From NCBI RefSeq assembly GCF_009914755.1, contig NC_060928.1: 64,000 bases of DNA. One strand, given 5' to 3'. Below, piece by piece: positions 27,790-41,771 of the stretch. Both the position numbers and the translations under genes were made by a program. Source of the stretch: the human T2T-CHM13v2.0 reference genome, Homo sapiens. Below the pieces are notes generated by a model, which was given only the letters and a program-made list of their open reading frames with translations, did no database searches and was not told where the DNA came from. Numbering within the stretch: position 1 is the stretch's first letter; each line of letters begins with the position of its first letter.

Positions 27790-27944
27790 TGAAATTCTCA
27801 GTAATACAAGTTGATATTGCCTGTCATGTTTTAAATTAAAATATGATATATTCATTTCTATGTTCGAAACCTGCATTGCTACCTAATGAACATTCCTATT
27901 GAGTGGTATGTTAAAATTACATTATTTTGAACTTTGTCACTTAC

Positions 27945-28008
27945 CTTGGAGTTTGTTTTGTGATTTATTTCTGTTGATTTTATGTGGTGTCCTTTGACCA
28001 AAAGCATC
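27945..28008 (-). other. Candidate spliced exon (64 nt)
   Basis: Minus-strand acceptor tctatttttttcccatgcag|G and consensus donor AAG|gtaagt. Confidence 0.45.
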
Positions 28009-28037
28009 CTGCATGGGAAAAAAATAGACTAACTCTG

Positions 28038-28405
28038 TTTCTTTTTTTCTTTTTAATTTCCATAAGTTTTCGGGGAACACGTGGGGATTGGTTACACGAA
28101 TAAGTTCCTTAAGTGGTGATTTCTGACATTTGGGTGCATCCATCACCTGAGCAGTATACACTGTACCCAATTTGTAGTCTTTTATCCCTCACCCTCCTCC
28201 CACCCTTTCCCACAGAGTCCCCAAAGTCCGTCATATCATTCTATGTCTTTAGATCCACAGAGCTTAGCTCTCACTTATGAGTGAGAACATATGATGTTTG
28301 GTTTTTCATTCCTGAGTTACTTCACTTAGAATAATGGTCTCCATTTCCATCTAGGTTGCTGCAAATGCCATTATTTCATTCCTTTTATGGCTGAGTAGTA
28401 TTCCA

Positions 28406-28448
<43 letters not shown>

Positions 28449-28815
28449 TGTGTATATATACCACAATTGATTTATCTACTTGTTGATTGATGGGCATTTG
28501 TACTGGTTTTATATTTTTGCAATTGCGAATTGTGCCGCTATAAACATGCTTGTGTAAGTATCTTTTTCTTTCTTTTTTGTACAATGACTTCTTTTCCTCT
28601 CGGTAAATATCCAGTGGTGGGATTGCTGGATCAAATGGTAGTTCTACTTTTAGTTCTTTAAGGAATCTCCACACTATTTTCCACAGTGATTGTATTAGTT
28701 TACATTCCCACCAGCAGTGTAAAAGTGTTCCCTTTTCACCACATCCCCACCAACATCTATTATTTTTTTGATTATGGCCCTTCTTGCAGGAATAAGGTGG
28801 TATCGCATTGTGGTT
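28038..28815 (-). mobile_element. L1PB (L1PB1-like) 3' end with internal (TG)n
   Basis: AAGTTCCTTAAGTGGTGATTT..TTTGGGTGCATCCATCACC, CAGAGTCCCCAAAGTCC; ORF2 C-terminal peptide [28 protein letters not shown]. Confidence 0.93.
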
Positions 28816-28916
28816 TTTTGTTGTTGTTGTTTTTTGAGACAAAGTCTCACTCTGTCACCCAGGCTAGAGTACAGTGGCACGATCTCAGCTCACTGCAGCC
28901 TCTGCCTCCTGGGTTC
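28816..28916 (-). mobile_element. 5'-truncated Alu right arm fused to L1PB
   Basis: TTTTTGAGACAAAGTCTCACTCTGTCACCCAGG...CTCCTGGGTTC, then unique sequence. Confidence 0.9.
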
Positions 28917-29392
28917 TTCTTAAACTAACTCTCCTCATATAAAAGGCACTAGGTTACACGTTCGATTTAAGTCTTTTGAAAAATCGGTTCCAGCAGTGTA
29001 TCATGGTATTAGAATACTAAGCATTATTTCTAGAGATATTGCTGGTGACTTTTCCTCCAGATTTAAAGGAGCGATCTCAACCCCTGCCTCAACTCACAGC
29101 TCCTTGAAGTGCTGGAGAAGACAATCTCAACCACATCTGTCCTGGCCCACCATACCTCTGGCCTATAAGAGACTATTATCTGGCCTCCAACCACTTATCC
29201 CTGCTAGTCTGCCCTCTGTAATTATGCCTCAGTCTGATCATTGTCCTTATTGTTCTCCAACCTGCCAGCTTCCTTCTTGCCTTAGGGCCTTGCTGCTCTC
29301 TCTGCCTCTGATGTTCTTCCCCAGATCCTAGTAGAGCAGTTATCCAGCCTAAGGAATGCCACCAGTACTTTGTATTACATTGATTGAAACCA

Positions 29393-30080
29393 GCTCTTCC
29401 AGATTTGAGAGTTCACAGACAGTCAAGATTTCAAAAGCTACAGAAACCTTTGAGTGTCAGGCTGAAAGAATGACAGACTTGAGGCCAGGACAGATGAGAA
29501 CATTTCTTTCTTGTGAGTTATCAATCAAGTATTAATTGCCCTGTCCTTTCCCATCATCGTAACTGACTTTTAAAAAAATCGTTTACAGTAATTTTTCACA
29601 AGAGAATTCCCATAGAGGTAGCAAAAAGTCATAATAATGTCACATAATGTAAGAAATAGAAGACATTATCTAGGCTAAAGACCTCACTTTCAGGTCCCTG
29701 TGCACAGGCCTTTCCTGTGAGAGCGGTGGAGACAGGCTCTGATGCAAATTCTGTTTCTCCTGTGGAGATCTGTTATCTAGAACACCCACCCAAAGCCCAT
29801 CAGAACCTACTTGCCCTTGTCAGGACAACAAGGGGAAAGGGAGAAACTAAAACCCTCATAACCATCTAAAACTGTAGATTATACACATGACACAGAGAGC
29901 AAAAGAGAGTATGAGAAATATAAAGAAATCCTGCTCTTCCAGATTTGAGAGTTCATAGACAGTTAAGATTCCAAGAGTTACAGAGACCACTGAGCGTCAG
30001 GCTGAAAGCAGAATGAAAGGCTTGAGGCCAGGACAGATGAGAAGGATTCTTTCTTGAGAGTTATCGACCAAGTATTAATT
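29393..30080 (+). repeat. Local direct duplication, about 145 bp (29393-29537 / 29933-30080)
   Basis: GCTCTTCCAGATTTGAGAGTTCA...GCCAGGACAGATGAGAA...CAAGTATTAATT occurs twice, 540 bp apart. Confidence 0.95.
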
Positions 30081-30688
30081 TTTATCAATAGAGTTAACGG
30101 ATCGTGGAAGAAAAGATATTTCCAAAAGAATATTATGTTTACAGAAGTATATCATGTATCATAATCACATCTGTAGCTTCAACTTTTTATGAAAATAAAA
30201 ATGAAACTCAGAACTGGTACATGTGGTATAAGTGGGCATGCTGCATCCTGTCAGCCAATACTTGTTTGGTTAAAGGAAGCTAAATTGGAATCGCTGGACC
30301 AGATTCCATTTTCCCTTTGCTTCTGCCCGTGGGCTTTCCTCAGTTGATGGTGATTAGGCCTGACGTGAACAGCTCATAAGAGGGGATGTGGGTGATTCAA
30401 CAGGGGCAGCTAAGGCAGAAGTGTCCAGGTCCCTGCTCAGAGCCAAAGATCCCACACTGGAGACAGGGCTAGGAATGAAAGAACTCTTTGTTCTCACGCA
30501 CCAGTGTGTGGGGCAGGGGGACGGGAAAGGTAGTAGACTTACCATTCTCAAGTGCTTGTGTTACTGCGTGGTTGTATTAGGTGCTTTGAGAGTTCTCTCT
30601 CATTTATCTTCACAATAACTCTAAGTGGAAAATCAAGCTCAGAGGTCCTAAGTCTCATGCCCCAAATTCCACAGCATAGAAATGATAG

Positions 30689-31120
<432 letters not shown>

Positions 31121-32809
31121 TAACATGGTCTCAATAAATAGTTATTAGAGGAGTGAAAGAAGGAAGAAAGGATTCAAGGAAGAAAGGAGGGAGGAACAAG
31201 GATACTTAGTGAAGAAAATACAGAAGATAGCAGAAAAACCATCAGGGCATCCTTAACCAAAGGTAGAACCATGCAAGAGTCCGATCAAATTATATTTGTT
31301 TTTCTCATGATGAAGACCTTCTCATTCTTTGCCTTAGCTCAGCAAATTTTTGTTGTTGTCTATATCATTTATTTCATTACAAATTGCAATTTGATGATTT
31401 TCTAGTTACCACATTTCTTTTATATGTATTAGCTGGAATGCTTCTGAAAAAAAAATCTTTGTATTATCAACTAATACTTTTGGTTACCTTGAAAATCTTT
31501 TTGGAAGTGAAAAGCATAAAAAGTTTAGAATGATCATGCTTTCAAGGTGATTGGGATCAGAAAAATGTTTTATTCTTGATCTTTGGAGCAAGCATAACCA
31601 CCATCACTTCAAGTACACTGGCCACGACCCAACAGTTACTCCACGTCTCTGACTAAGACTTCAGGATTCTTAGAACAAAAACCACAGAAACTTGGGCATT
31701 TTCCTAAATATGTCTTAGGTTTTGAGCCATTGCCAGACATGTTAAATTATTTAATGTAATTCATAGAGAGTATATAATTATGAACTTGGCAAAGCTAGAA
31801 GAGATAAGTAAACAGAGAGAGTTTTTAATATAATATACTCTCTGATAGTGAGCTATCTCACATTCTGCAATATATTTATAGAGAGGAGCGCCACACCTTC
31901 ATAACTACATAGCAGGACACATGTACCCTGGTCAGGCAGTTTCTCCTTCTCAGTCTAACCTTGCATGTCACAAATTGAAGCTAACAATTTCATATGATTC
32001 CTCCATCTCATCTCTACCCTCAGCCCCAAAGGAGTCTCCCATGTTCCCAAGACAGGAATTGGAATATCTAGATAATAGGGGAGGCCCATTGAAGAGTTAT
32101 TTCAGACAGATTTCCTGTCAGGCACTGGATTTGCTCACATGCCTGGTCAGATTATTTTCCTTAATCAGTGTTTTCAATTTGTGGGAAAAGAAAACCAGTG
32201 TCAGCAAATTGCCAATGGAGATGTTCTTTTGAATTACTTACTAAGGATCGTTTGATTAGAGCAGAAGCAATGGACCCTGTGAAATATATGTTCTGGAAAC
32301 CAATTTTGTTGTGGAGACTTTTTCCAGTTGAGTTGCTGTTTGTGTGTAGATAGTTCTTACTGGAACACAACCAAAATATTTTTAACACCCTGTTAATTCT
32401 AAGACAACACTTCTCAATGTTGCATATATAAAGATTTGGTGGAATATGTACTCTTAAACCTGTAGAAACATATCTATGACTTTTTCCTTTTACATTTTCT
32501 CTTGAAACTCTTATAGTTTAAAAATGCCAACATAAATGATTTCTATGTATATATATATCCATTAAAATAATTATGTACTTGTAACTTATTTTTTCTAAAT
32601 ATCTGCTTTCAACAGAGAACAAACTAACTTCATTTACTTTTTTCCCTGATCTTTTATAACATAAACCATTACTTGAATTAATTAAAATAATGGCTATATT
32701 CTATTATAGGTATTAAAAAGAAGTTTTTTTGGGTATGAAATATTTTGAGATTTGTTATTTAAATTATGATCTATTCATAGGATGGGATAGTATCCAACCA
32801 TTGATAATG

Positions 32810-33040
32810 ATAATAATAATAGCTCATAAATATAGTGCTTACTTTGTGCCAGATGTAATACATGCTTTACATATAGTAACTTATTTACTTATCACAGCAA
32901 CCTTTTGAATTGAGAAAACTGAGGTACAGAAAGGATAAGGGACTTGCGTAATGTCACACAATAGGTAAATCACACATTGGGACCTAAATCCAGGTAGTTC
33001 GGCTCCAAAGTCCGGGGGTAAAACACTTCATCATGTTGCT
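32810..33040 (+). mobile_element. MIR
   Basis: AATAATAGCT..GTGCTTACTTTGTGCCAG..GAGAAAACTGAGGTACAGA..ATGTCACACA. Confidence 0.85.
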
Positions 33041-33402
33041 TCCCATTTGAAATCACATTGCAGATAAATGAGGACCCCTATAAATATGTTTACAATCTAC
33101 TGTTAAGGGAACAAAGCAGTATTGGACCAATTGTATTACATACACTGATATGTGTGTATCAGTTGTGATATATACATCTACATATGTATATATATTTTGG
33201 ATATATGTATGTATACGTGTATACACACACATAAATACAAACACATAGATACACACAGAAAGAAAATTGGAAGGTTATATTATACACTAAAAGTTTTACA
33301 GAAGTAAGCTATTGGTAATGAGATTACCAGTGATTTTTTTTAGGATGCTTCATATTTTCCAAATATTTATCATAACAATGTTACTATTTTCATAATTTTT
33401 AA

Positions 33403-33705
<303 letters not shown>

Positions 33706-34069
33706 TAAAGTGCTGTTTAAAACTATAATCTTCCATGAAAGGACTACATACTCTTTTGCTGGTACTTTAGATGTTCAAATACCCAAATGTTCTTAGAATA
33801 AAATAATATATATATTATAGCCCCAAAACTTGTTAATTTCCTTTCCAAACCCCTTTTAACTTGCTAACTAAAGGATGTTAAGCACTGTGTGGAGAGAACC
33901 CAATGTGGAATTATTCTTTTCCCAACACTCCACCCTTCAGATTTCTCTCAGACGTCTTGGCCTTTTCATTGCTCCTGTCCATCAGGGTAAGGCTTCCATT
34001 GCCCTTTCTCCAGCAGGTAGCACCACTTCAACCCCCTAATATATCAAAGGAAACTTCACAGGCTGCATA

Positions 34070-34273
34070 GCTATATGGTCCAATGTGTTTCCTAACCATA
34101 CAAGATATTTAGATCTAATTTAATTATCACTAAATAAAATGAAGAATTCAGTTCCTCTGTCACACTAGCCACATTTCAAGTGTTTAATAGCCACGTGTTA
34201 TGGGCAGCTGCCTTGTTAGACAGAGCAGATACAGAACATTTCATCATTGCAGAAAGTTTTTCGGACAGTGCTG
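34070..34273 (-). mobile_element. MER3 hAT-Charlie MITE
   Basis: TTCAGTTCCTCTGTCACACTAGCCACATTTCAAGTG...ATCATTGCAGAAAGTT..GGACAGTGCTG. Confidence 0.88.
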
Positions 34274-34944
34274 TTCTAGAGGCATGGTGAATCATGACTA
34301 TTCTCTTCCCCGGCCATTTATGCTGCCTGGCTGGGAAAGTGAATATTCAATTCCTGGGATGTGTTTGCTTGCTCTGGGATCCACAGATTGCTTTTTTTCA
34401 TTCTTCTCTCTCTCTCTGCTTCTGTTAGTCTTGCCAGAGCATCTAGGAATAGCAGAGCTCTTCCACAGCAATGGTTAATCTCTTGCCAATGGTCCATATG
34501 GGCTCTGGAGATGAGATTTACATTTCCTTGCAGCATAACTTTTGGCATTTATTGTGTTAAAACACCATCTGCTTTCTTCTCAGTTTTGAGTTCCATTATA
34601 GAGCACTATTCACTTAAACCTTAAAGGAAACATGTCCAATCACATTGAAGAGATATTATCATATTTTTGATCTGGGCAACTGAAAAGATAGTATTTTTGA
34701 ATATAAAGTGTCTAGGTATATCAAAGATAAGAAATCTGAGAGCTAAAGAGAAGATCTTGGAGCTATCATTTTGGGACTCGTTAGTTTGTAGTTAACAATG
34801 GAAGCTGTTGTAATTTATGTGATTATCTACAATAAGGGGAACATTAGTCTCTCGTGAATTTTGTAAAAAAGAAAGAAGAGGATGTGTACAATTATATGCC
34901 TAAGACATAATTTTAAAAGTGGTAAAAATAAAGGGTTAGTGCCT

Positions 34945-36025
34945 GAATCAGTAAAGAACTGTGTTCAGCAACTCATGACAGTGATAAAATTTGAGGGGCT
35001 TATGCAAATTAGAGATTTATTTCTCAGGTAATAAAATCAGAGGCAGGTATTCCAAGGTTGGTTCAGCACCTCTGTGAAATCCTCAGGGACCCAAGTTTTG
35101 CTCTTCTTATCGCTTAATTCCTTTCTTCAAAATTACAAGATAGTTATTGGAATTGTGATTGTCACCCACATTGTAGCAGACATTCCTGCAGGTGACTCAT
35201 CACAGTCTCCATGTTCTGGTACTCATGCTTTGTAGAATCCCCATTGAGCATGGGCAGGACATGTAATTTGCTTCTAAGCAACAGAACATGGCAAAGATGA
35301 TGGGATGCCACTGCCATAGTTATGTTACATTATGTCACACTCTGTCTGGCTAGCACACTGACCCTAGAGTCCTCCCCCTCAACCTGCCATGAAGTGAGCA
35401 GCCACACTGGAGAAGTCCACCTGGCAAGGAACTGTGGGTAGCTTCTAGGAGCTGAGGATGTCCTCCAGCCCGAAACTGAAACCCTCAGGCCTGTAGTTAC
35501 AAGGAAATGAACTCTGCCAACAACCCAAGGGAGCTTGGAAGAAGATCCTCCCCCTGTAAACCTCTAGAGAGACTGCAGCCCCAGCCAACATCTGGACTGA
35601 AGCCTGGGAAGACTTTGAAGTTGAAAACCGGCTAAGCTGTGTCTGGCCTCCACACCCACAAACTGGGAGATAATAAATGTATATTATTTTAAGCCACTAA
35701 GTTTGTAATAATTTGCTATGCAGAAAAGAAAACTAATATACCTATATTCCAGAAAGAGAGAGAAGACCAGGGGAATGAGCCACAAGAGGCAAACATCAGA
35801 CGTTTTTGCCAGTTTTAAAGACCTTTCCTGGATATCCACTGAAGGCCTTTCGTTTATGTTTCATTGAACATCTATCTATATCTATCTTTCATTACAAGTG
35901 AGGTTGATAAATGAAATCTTACTAAGACACAATATCTCAATGAATAAATTCAGAATTCTGTTACCGGAGAGGGAAAATATGTTTTAAAATATATATTGGT
36001 AGACGACTGGCTCTGTCTGCCCCAG
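34945..36025 (-). mobile_element. Old MLT1 (J/K-like) LTR split by a younger MLT1
   Basis: GATTTATTTCTCA..AGAGGCAGGTATTCCAAGGTTGGT..CAGGGACCCA; resumes about 35740 with ATATTCCAG..CATTG..CAAGTGAGGTTGATAAATG. Confidence 0.5.
35172..35740 (+). mobile_element. MLT1E/F-like MaLR solo LTR
   Basis: TGTAGCAGAC...GGAAATGAACTCTGCCAACAACC...TTTAAGCCACTAAGTTTG...AAACTAATA. Confidence 0.85.
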
Positions 36026-36134
36026 CCTTCATTTATTACTTAAATAACCCCTTTTTGCAGTCATGAATGTTATACCGTTACCCTTGCCACCTCCACCCAT
36101 CTAGGCCACTAATACCTTATAATTTATTCCTTGT

Positions 36135-36612
36135 CTATGGCTAACAGAATTTTCCAAAGATTACCCTGACTTCTTTTTTTTTTTTTTTTTGCAATGTAAC
36201 CTTGGGATGTTCCCATGTCATACTAGAGTCTGTTTCTTTACATTCTTAAATTGTTTCAGGCTTTTTGACTATTTTAATCAATAGAATACAGTGAAAGTAT
36301 CACCTACCATTTCCGGATGTAACCCTTAGTTCATCTGGCTCTTTCTGCTTCTTGCCTCTTAGAAGACAGTCACCATGAAAGAAGGCTGACTACCCTGAGG
36401 CCTCTTGTTATGAGAAGCCCAAGTCACATGGAGAGGCCATGAGAAGGCACTATAGCTGACAGTCCCAGGAAAGCCCCCAGCCAATCACTGCAGGAAAGAC
36501 TCCAAGAAGACATGCTCAACTTAGCCTAGTTATCACACTAAACTATGAGAGGTAATAATAAATTATTAAGCCACTGAATTCTTGGGTTATTACTAGTAAC
36601 TTGTAACTGAAT
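36135..36612 (+). mobile_element. MLT1G/H-like LTR
   Basis: TTTTAATCAATAGAATACAGTGAAAGT, GAAGCCCAAGTCACATGGAGAGGCCA, TTAAGCCACTGAATT. Confidence 0.7.
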
Positions 36613-36843
36613 ATTTGTTCACTGTCATTCTCTTCAAGTCTTGCCTTGCTAGTTGAGAATATCAGTTTCATTCTTGGCAATTCATGCAATATTACTGTTT
36701 CCCAGTTCCTGCTTCTATCCTCTAGTGATCTTATTCTCTATCTTATCTCAGTTATTCATTTTGCCATTTCCAAACATCTCAATGTTTTCATAATATCAGT
36801 TTCACACAACTAATTCTCAGATACCATATTAAATCTTTCCAGC

Positions 36844-37303
36844 TGTGATGGTTAATTTTACATGTCAACTTGACTAGGCTGAGAGATCCTCAGATAGCTG
36901 GCAAACATTATTTCTGGGTATGTCTGTTGAGGGTGTTTCTGGAAGAGATGAGCATTTGTATCAGACGTAATGAAGATCTGCCCTCACCAATGGGGGTGGG
37001 ACTCATCCAATTTGTTGAGGGTCCAGATAGAACAAAAAGGCATAGGAAGGGCAAATGTACCCTCTCACCTTGAGCTTAAATATCTACCTTCTCCTACCCT
37101 TGAACATCAGAGCCCTCCGTTTTCAGTCCATCAGCCTCAGACTGTGAGTTACGCAACTGACTTCCCTGGTTCTCCAGCTTGCAGATGGCATACTGTGGGA
37201 CTTCTTGGCCTCCATAATTACGTGAGCCAATTCCCATAATAAATCTTCTTTCATATATCTGTAGATAAACTATTAATTCTGTTTCTCTGGAGAACCCTAA
37301 TAC
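36844..37303 (+). mobile_element. MLT2 (A/B) ERVL solo LTR
   Basis: TGTGATGGTTAATTTTACATGTCAACTTGACT...TCTCTGGAGAACCCTAATACA. Confidence 0.9.
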
Positions 37304-37401
37304 ACTCCCCACTTACACAGCTCAAATTCTACAACGATAATAATTTTTCTACCACACTGGACCTTAAATCTCATTAATCCTACAAGCTTTACATTATCTT
37401 T

Positions 37402-38100
<699 letters not shown>

Positions 38101-38259
38101 CTTTTTCACTGTTACCCAGCCAAAATTTCATTGCCAATAATAATTGTTATTTCCTTGAATACATTTCAATTCCCATTTTTAGCCTATTACCTGCCTGTAC
38201 TCCTCCACTGAAGGCGGGTAAAGGAAAACACAAAACTATGCTCATTTATTTCCCTTTAA

Positions 38260-39500
38260 TTTTATGGAGATTCCCAAATTTTATCTTTACTATGATCTCT
38301 TCTATGAACTCCGTAATCAACTGATTACTGGACCTTTCCTCTTGGATGTCTAATAGACATCTCAAAGTTAAGAGGTCTGAAATGAAGCTTCTAATATCCA
38401 GTCTCCCCGCCCTCACTAAATCTGCTCCTTCTGGATTGTTCTTCATATCAGTTATGGCATCATCATGATCCCAGTGGCTTAGGCAAAAATCCTTCAGATC
38501 ATGTTTGACTTTTGCTGCCAGGCACATCCTAATCCGTGAGAAGTCCTAATGGCTAAAACTTCAAAACTGATGCAGTCAGGGACAGTGACGTTAGCCTGTA
38601 ATCCCAGCTACTCCAGAGGCTGAGGCAGCAGGATCACTTAAGGCCAGGAGTTTGAGACCAACCTGGGAAACATAGCAAGACCCTGTCTCTACAAAAATAA
38701 ATAAATTAAATTAATAAGCCAGGTGTGGTGGGACCTGTAGTCCCAGCTACTTGGGAAGCTGAGTGGAGAGAATCAGTTGAGTCCAGGAGTTTGAAGCTGC
38801 AGTAAGCTATGACTGGCCCACTCCAGCCTGGGCAACAGAGCAAGACTGTCTCTAAAACCAAAGACTGACCACTTCACACCCCCCAATCTATTCCACCAGA
38901 ATTTCTTACCTACATTATTAAATAGCCTTCTAACTGGTCTTCCTAATACTTTACTTTACCCATTCAATCTAATTTAACAGAGCAGCTAGGGGAACCCTGC
39001 CAAAGAATAACTCGGACACTGTTGTCCTCTGCTCATAAACCTTCCCATGAACTCCCTATGCACTCATTAAGAGTCACACTCACCATGTGTCTGACCTCAT
39101 CCCCTGCCATGCTCACCCTTGCTCCTGCTGCTCTAGCTGCACCGGCTTTCTCAGTGCTTCTTGTACTTGTTAGGGTAGCTCCCATCAGGGACCTTGCCCT
39201 GATCATGATTTTGGTCCAAATTCCTTTTCTCCTTTGTGAGAAGAGGTCTTCATTCACTCATTTCCTTCAGGACTTCATTCACATATTCTCTACTTAACCA
39301 ATATTATCTACCTTAACCATACTGCCTATACTTTTAAGATCCCCCGTCCCAACCTCCACCATTTCTCGTCATCTTACTGTGATTTATTCTTTTCTTTCTC
39401 AGCGCTTATTTCTATCTAACAGACTGTATTTTTACTAATTTATTCTATTTGTTTTCTATCCCCCAATATTATTTAAGTTCCATGAAGCCATTTTTCCCTA
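38260..39500 (+). mobile_element. L2 fragment interrupted by AluJ
   Basis: CTTGGATGTCTAATAGACATCTCAAA, AATAGCCTTCTAACTGGTCT, TCAGGGACCTTGC. Confidence 0.8.
38574..38856 (+). mobile_element. AluJ
   Basis: GGATCACTTAAGGCCAGGAG, GCTGCAGTAAGCTATG. Confidence 0.9.
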
Positions 39501-41771
39501 TTTTGTTACTGTTATTTCCCAGCATCAAGGAAGTTTTGTTTTCCAGGTGTGAACATGTAGAAGATCTAAAGAGCAATAGAGAAATTATTTTTTATTTTTC
39601 TACACATATGCAGATTGATGAAATTGAATAATCTTATTCTGTAATTACAATGCAGAAATTTGATCTCAAGAGTCCATCTGCTTGGATATTTTTTAAATAT
39701 ATGTTTATACTCTTTAAAATAAAAGTATATACTTTTAAAAGTATATGTTAAGGTATGTATTTATACTTAAGTCTATTAAGTATAAAACATCAAAAATTGT
39801 ATGCATTTGGTTCTCCTATTAATAATGTTAAATTTAGAAAATTTATTAACCCTATTAGAGCATCATATACCCTCCTGGAGCTGGAATAAAAGTTTGGTGA
39901 TTTGATGGAAAGATCAGGTAAGGAGGAGTTCAAACAAAATTATGACTTTCCATCTCTCACCCACAACTACTAGAGTTACTAGTGCAAGCACAGAGACTCT
40001 GGAGATAACAGAAAAAGTGTACATTTCAGTGATCAGAATCATCAACAAATTCTGCTTTATGGGGAGCAAGGACACACCCATGAAGTAGAAGCAGGCATCC
40101 TGGATGCAACCCTAAAAGAGAAGTGATTGATGGAATTGTTCGATAGAGCCTTCTTATCTTAGTTCCAATTTATCTTCTTCCTTTTAAAACTAGATCCCCT
40201 TCTCCAGCATCTCCAGACTGACAGAAAATGAACAGCAAATAATGGAAATCCCTTATATGTGGAAATATGTTTTCATCGTGTCTTGGCCCCAAGTGTGTGA
40301 AAAAAGTAAGACTTCTTTATTTTCTAATGAGGTTCACCTTTTCTTTCTGACCCTGACATTTTAACTAGACTGCATGGCATTCTTTCTCATTTATAACAAC
40401 CAATTAATATGTACCTGGCACACACACAAGTGAGCAGATTTTTAAAAAATCTGAGTAACACTTTCGACAGGAAAGAAGATAAACCTAACATCTTATGGCA
40501 TAAGCATCCTGAAGTCAATTTCCACTTCTCCACTTCTCTTTCTCACCCCCCATCTCTGTGTCCATTACTGGCCATTTTAGTATTGTGAAGTTGATACAGC
40601 AGGATTCACTCTTGGAGATGAGAATTCTGGTAAACGGTGGCTTGAACATAGCTTCTGCTTCTAATATTGATAAAAATGATAAGTGGCTTACAATACTAAA
40701 TGTAATATTAATATTTTAATTTGAATATAAATTTCATAGTTAGAAACTTAGTAACTAAAAGAATGTACAAGCACAAGTTTTTGGTTAAGAGTCTATCTGA
40801 ATTTTTAATAACTTCATGCAAAATTGTAAGACCTAATCCAAAATCATGGGGTAATTGTGGCTCTTAGAAGTTTAAGTTATTACATCTTTGTAATTCTCAG
40901 TTTTCTCATCTGTAAAATGAGGAATGAGAGCCCGTATTATTTAACATGAGTCTATGATCAGTCTGAACTTAAGAAAAGTTTATCAAAACCTGTATTTTGT
41001 ACCTGGACTTGGATACCACCACAAGAGAAATGTGAGGTGGTCATTTATTTATTTGTCATATGCTCAAAATTAATAGTAAAGGCTGAATGTTGAAAGTGGT
41101 GACATCATCAGTAGCAAAGCATAGGGATGTTTTGTCTCCTTTATCTATACCTGAAAATGTATGCAGGGAAGGGTATTAATGCTAAAGTAGATTTTATACA
41201 AATGGGATTTGCTTGGAAGGACAGGGAGACAAATCAAAACTTGTCAGTAAAATGATTTGAAGGGACATGACTTGTAAGGTTTGTAGAGCTGGATAAGTAT
41301 TATTTAGTTTTGAACACACAAGCAAAATTCATTCTAATATGAGTTGTCCATGGAATCTACACAGCTATGCTTAGGGCAGTTAGTCATCACTATCTCTCTG
41401 AAGTTTGAACACTAGCACAGACCTGTTTCAACTGCTATTATACTATATCAGCAGCTGTTTTTTTTCTTTTTAAATATACATGTTATTTAATTTTTCAAAA
41501 AATTATTAGCTTAAGATTTATTAATTTAAAAATCCTATGCAATTGAAATTTAATGTCATTATTTATTTTTCCCTAATAAGAACTAATTAGTGTGAGAAAG
41601 CTTTGTTAATCCTTATCAGTAAATTAGACAGGAAGAAAATGTCCTTTTTTTTGCCGATGCTGAAGTTGTTGGTCATAGATAAAAGACAACTGGTATGCTC
41701 TTATGCCAAAGTTAAAAAATATTCTGTTTATTTTTTGATTAGGCCTGATCAAGATCAAATATTTCATACAA

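Noticed and set aside
27752-27830. Functional tRNA gene
   Set aside because: No 3' half or B-box, and CpG-decayed, so pseudogene only.
29393-30080. Direct repeats read as LTRs of a mini-retroelement or a CRISPR-like array
   Set aside because: Only two copies; no TG..CA ends, PBS/PPT or TSD; no regular repeat-spacer periodicity; eukaryotic context.
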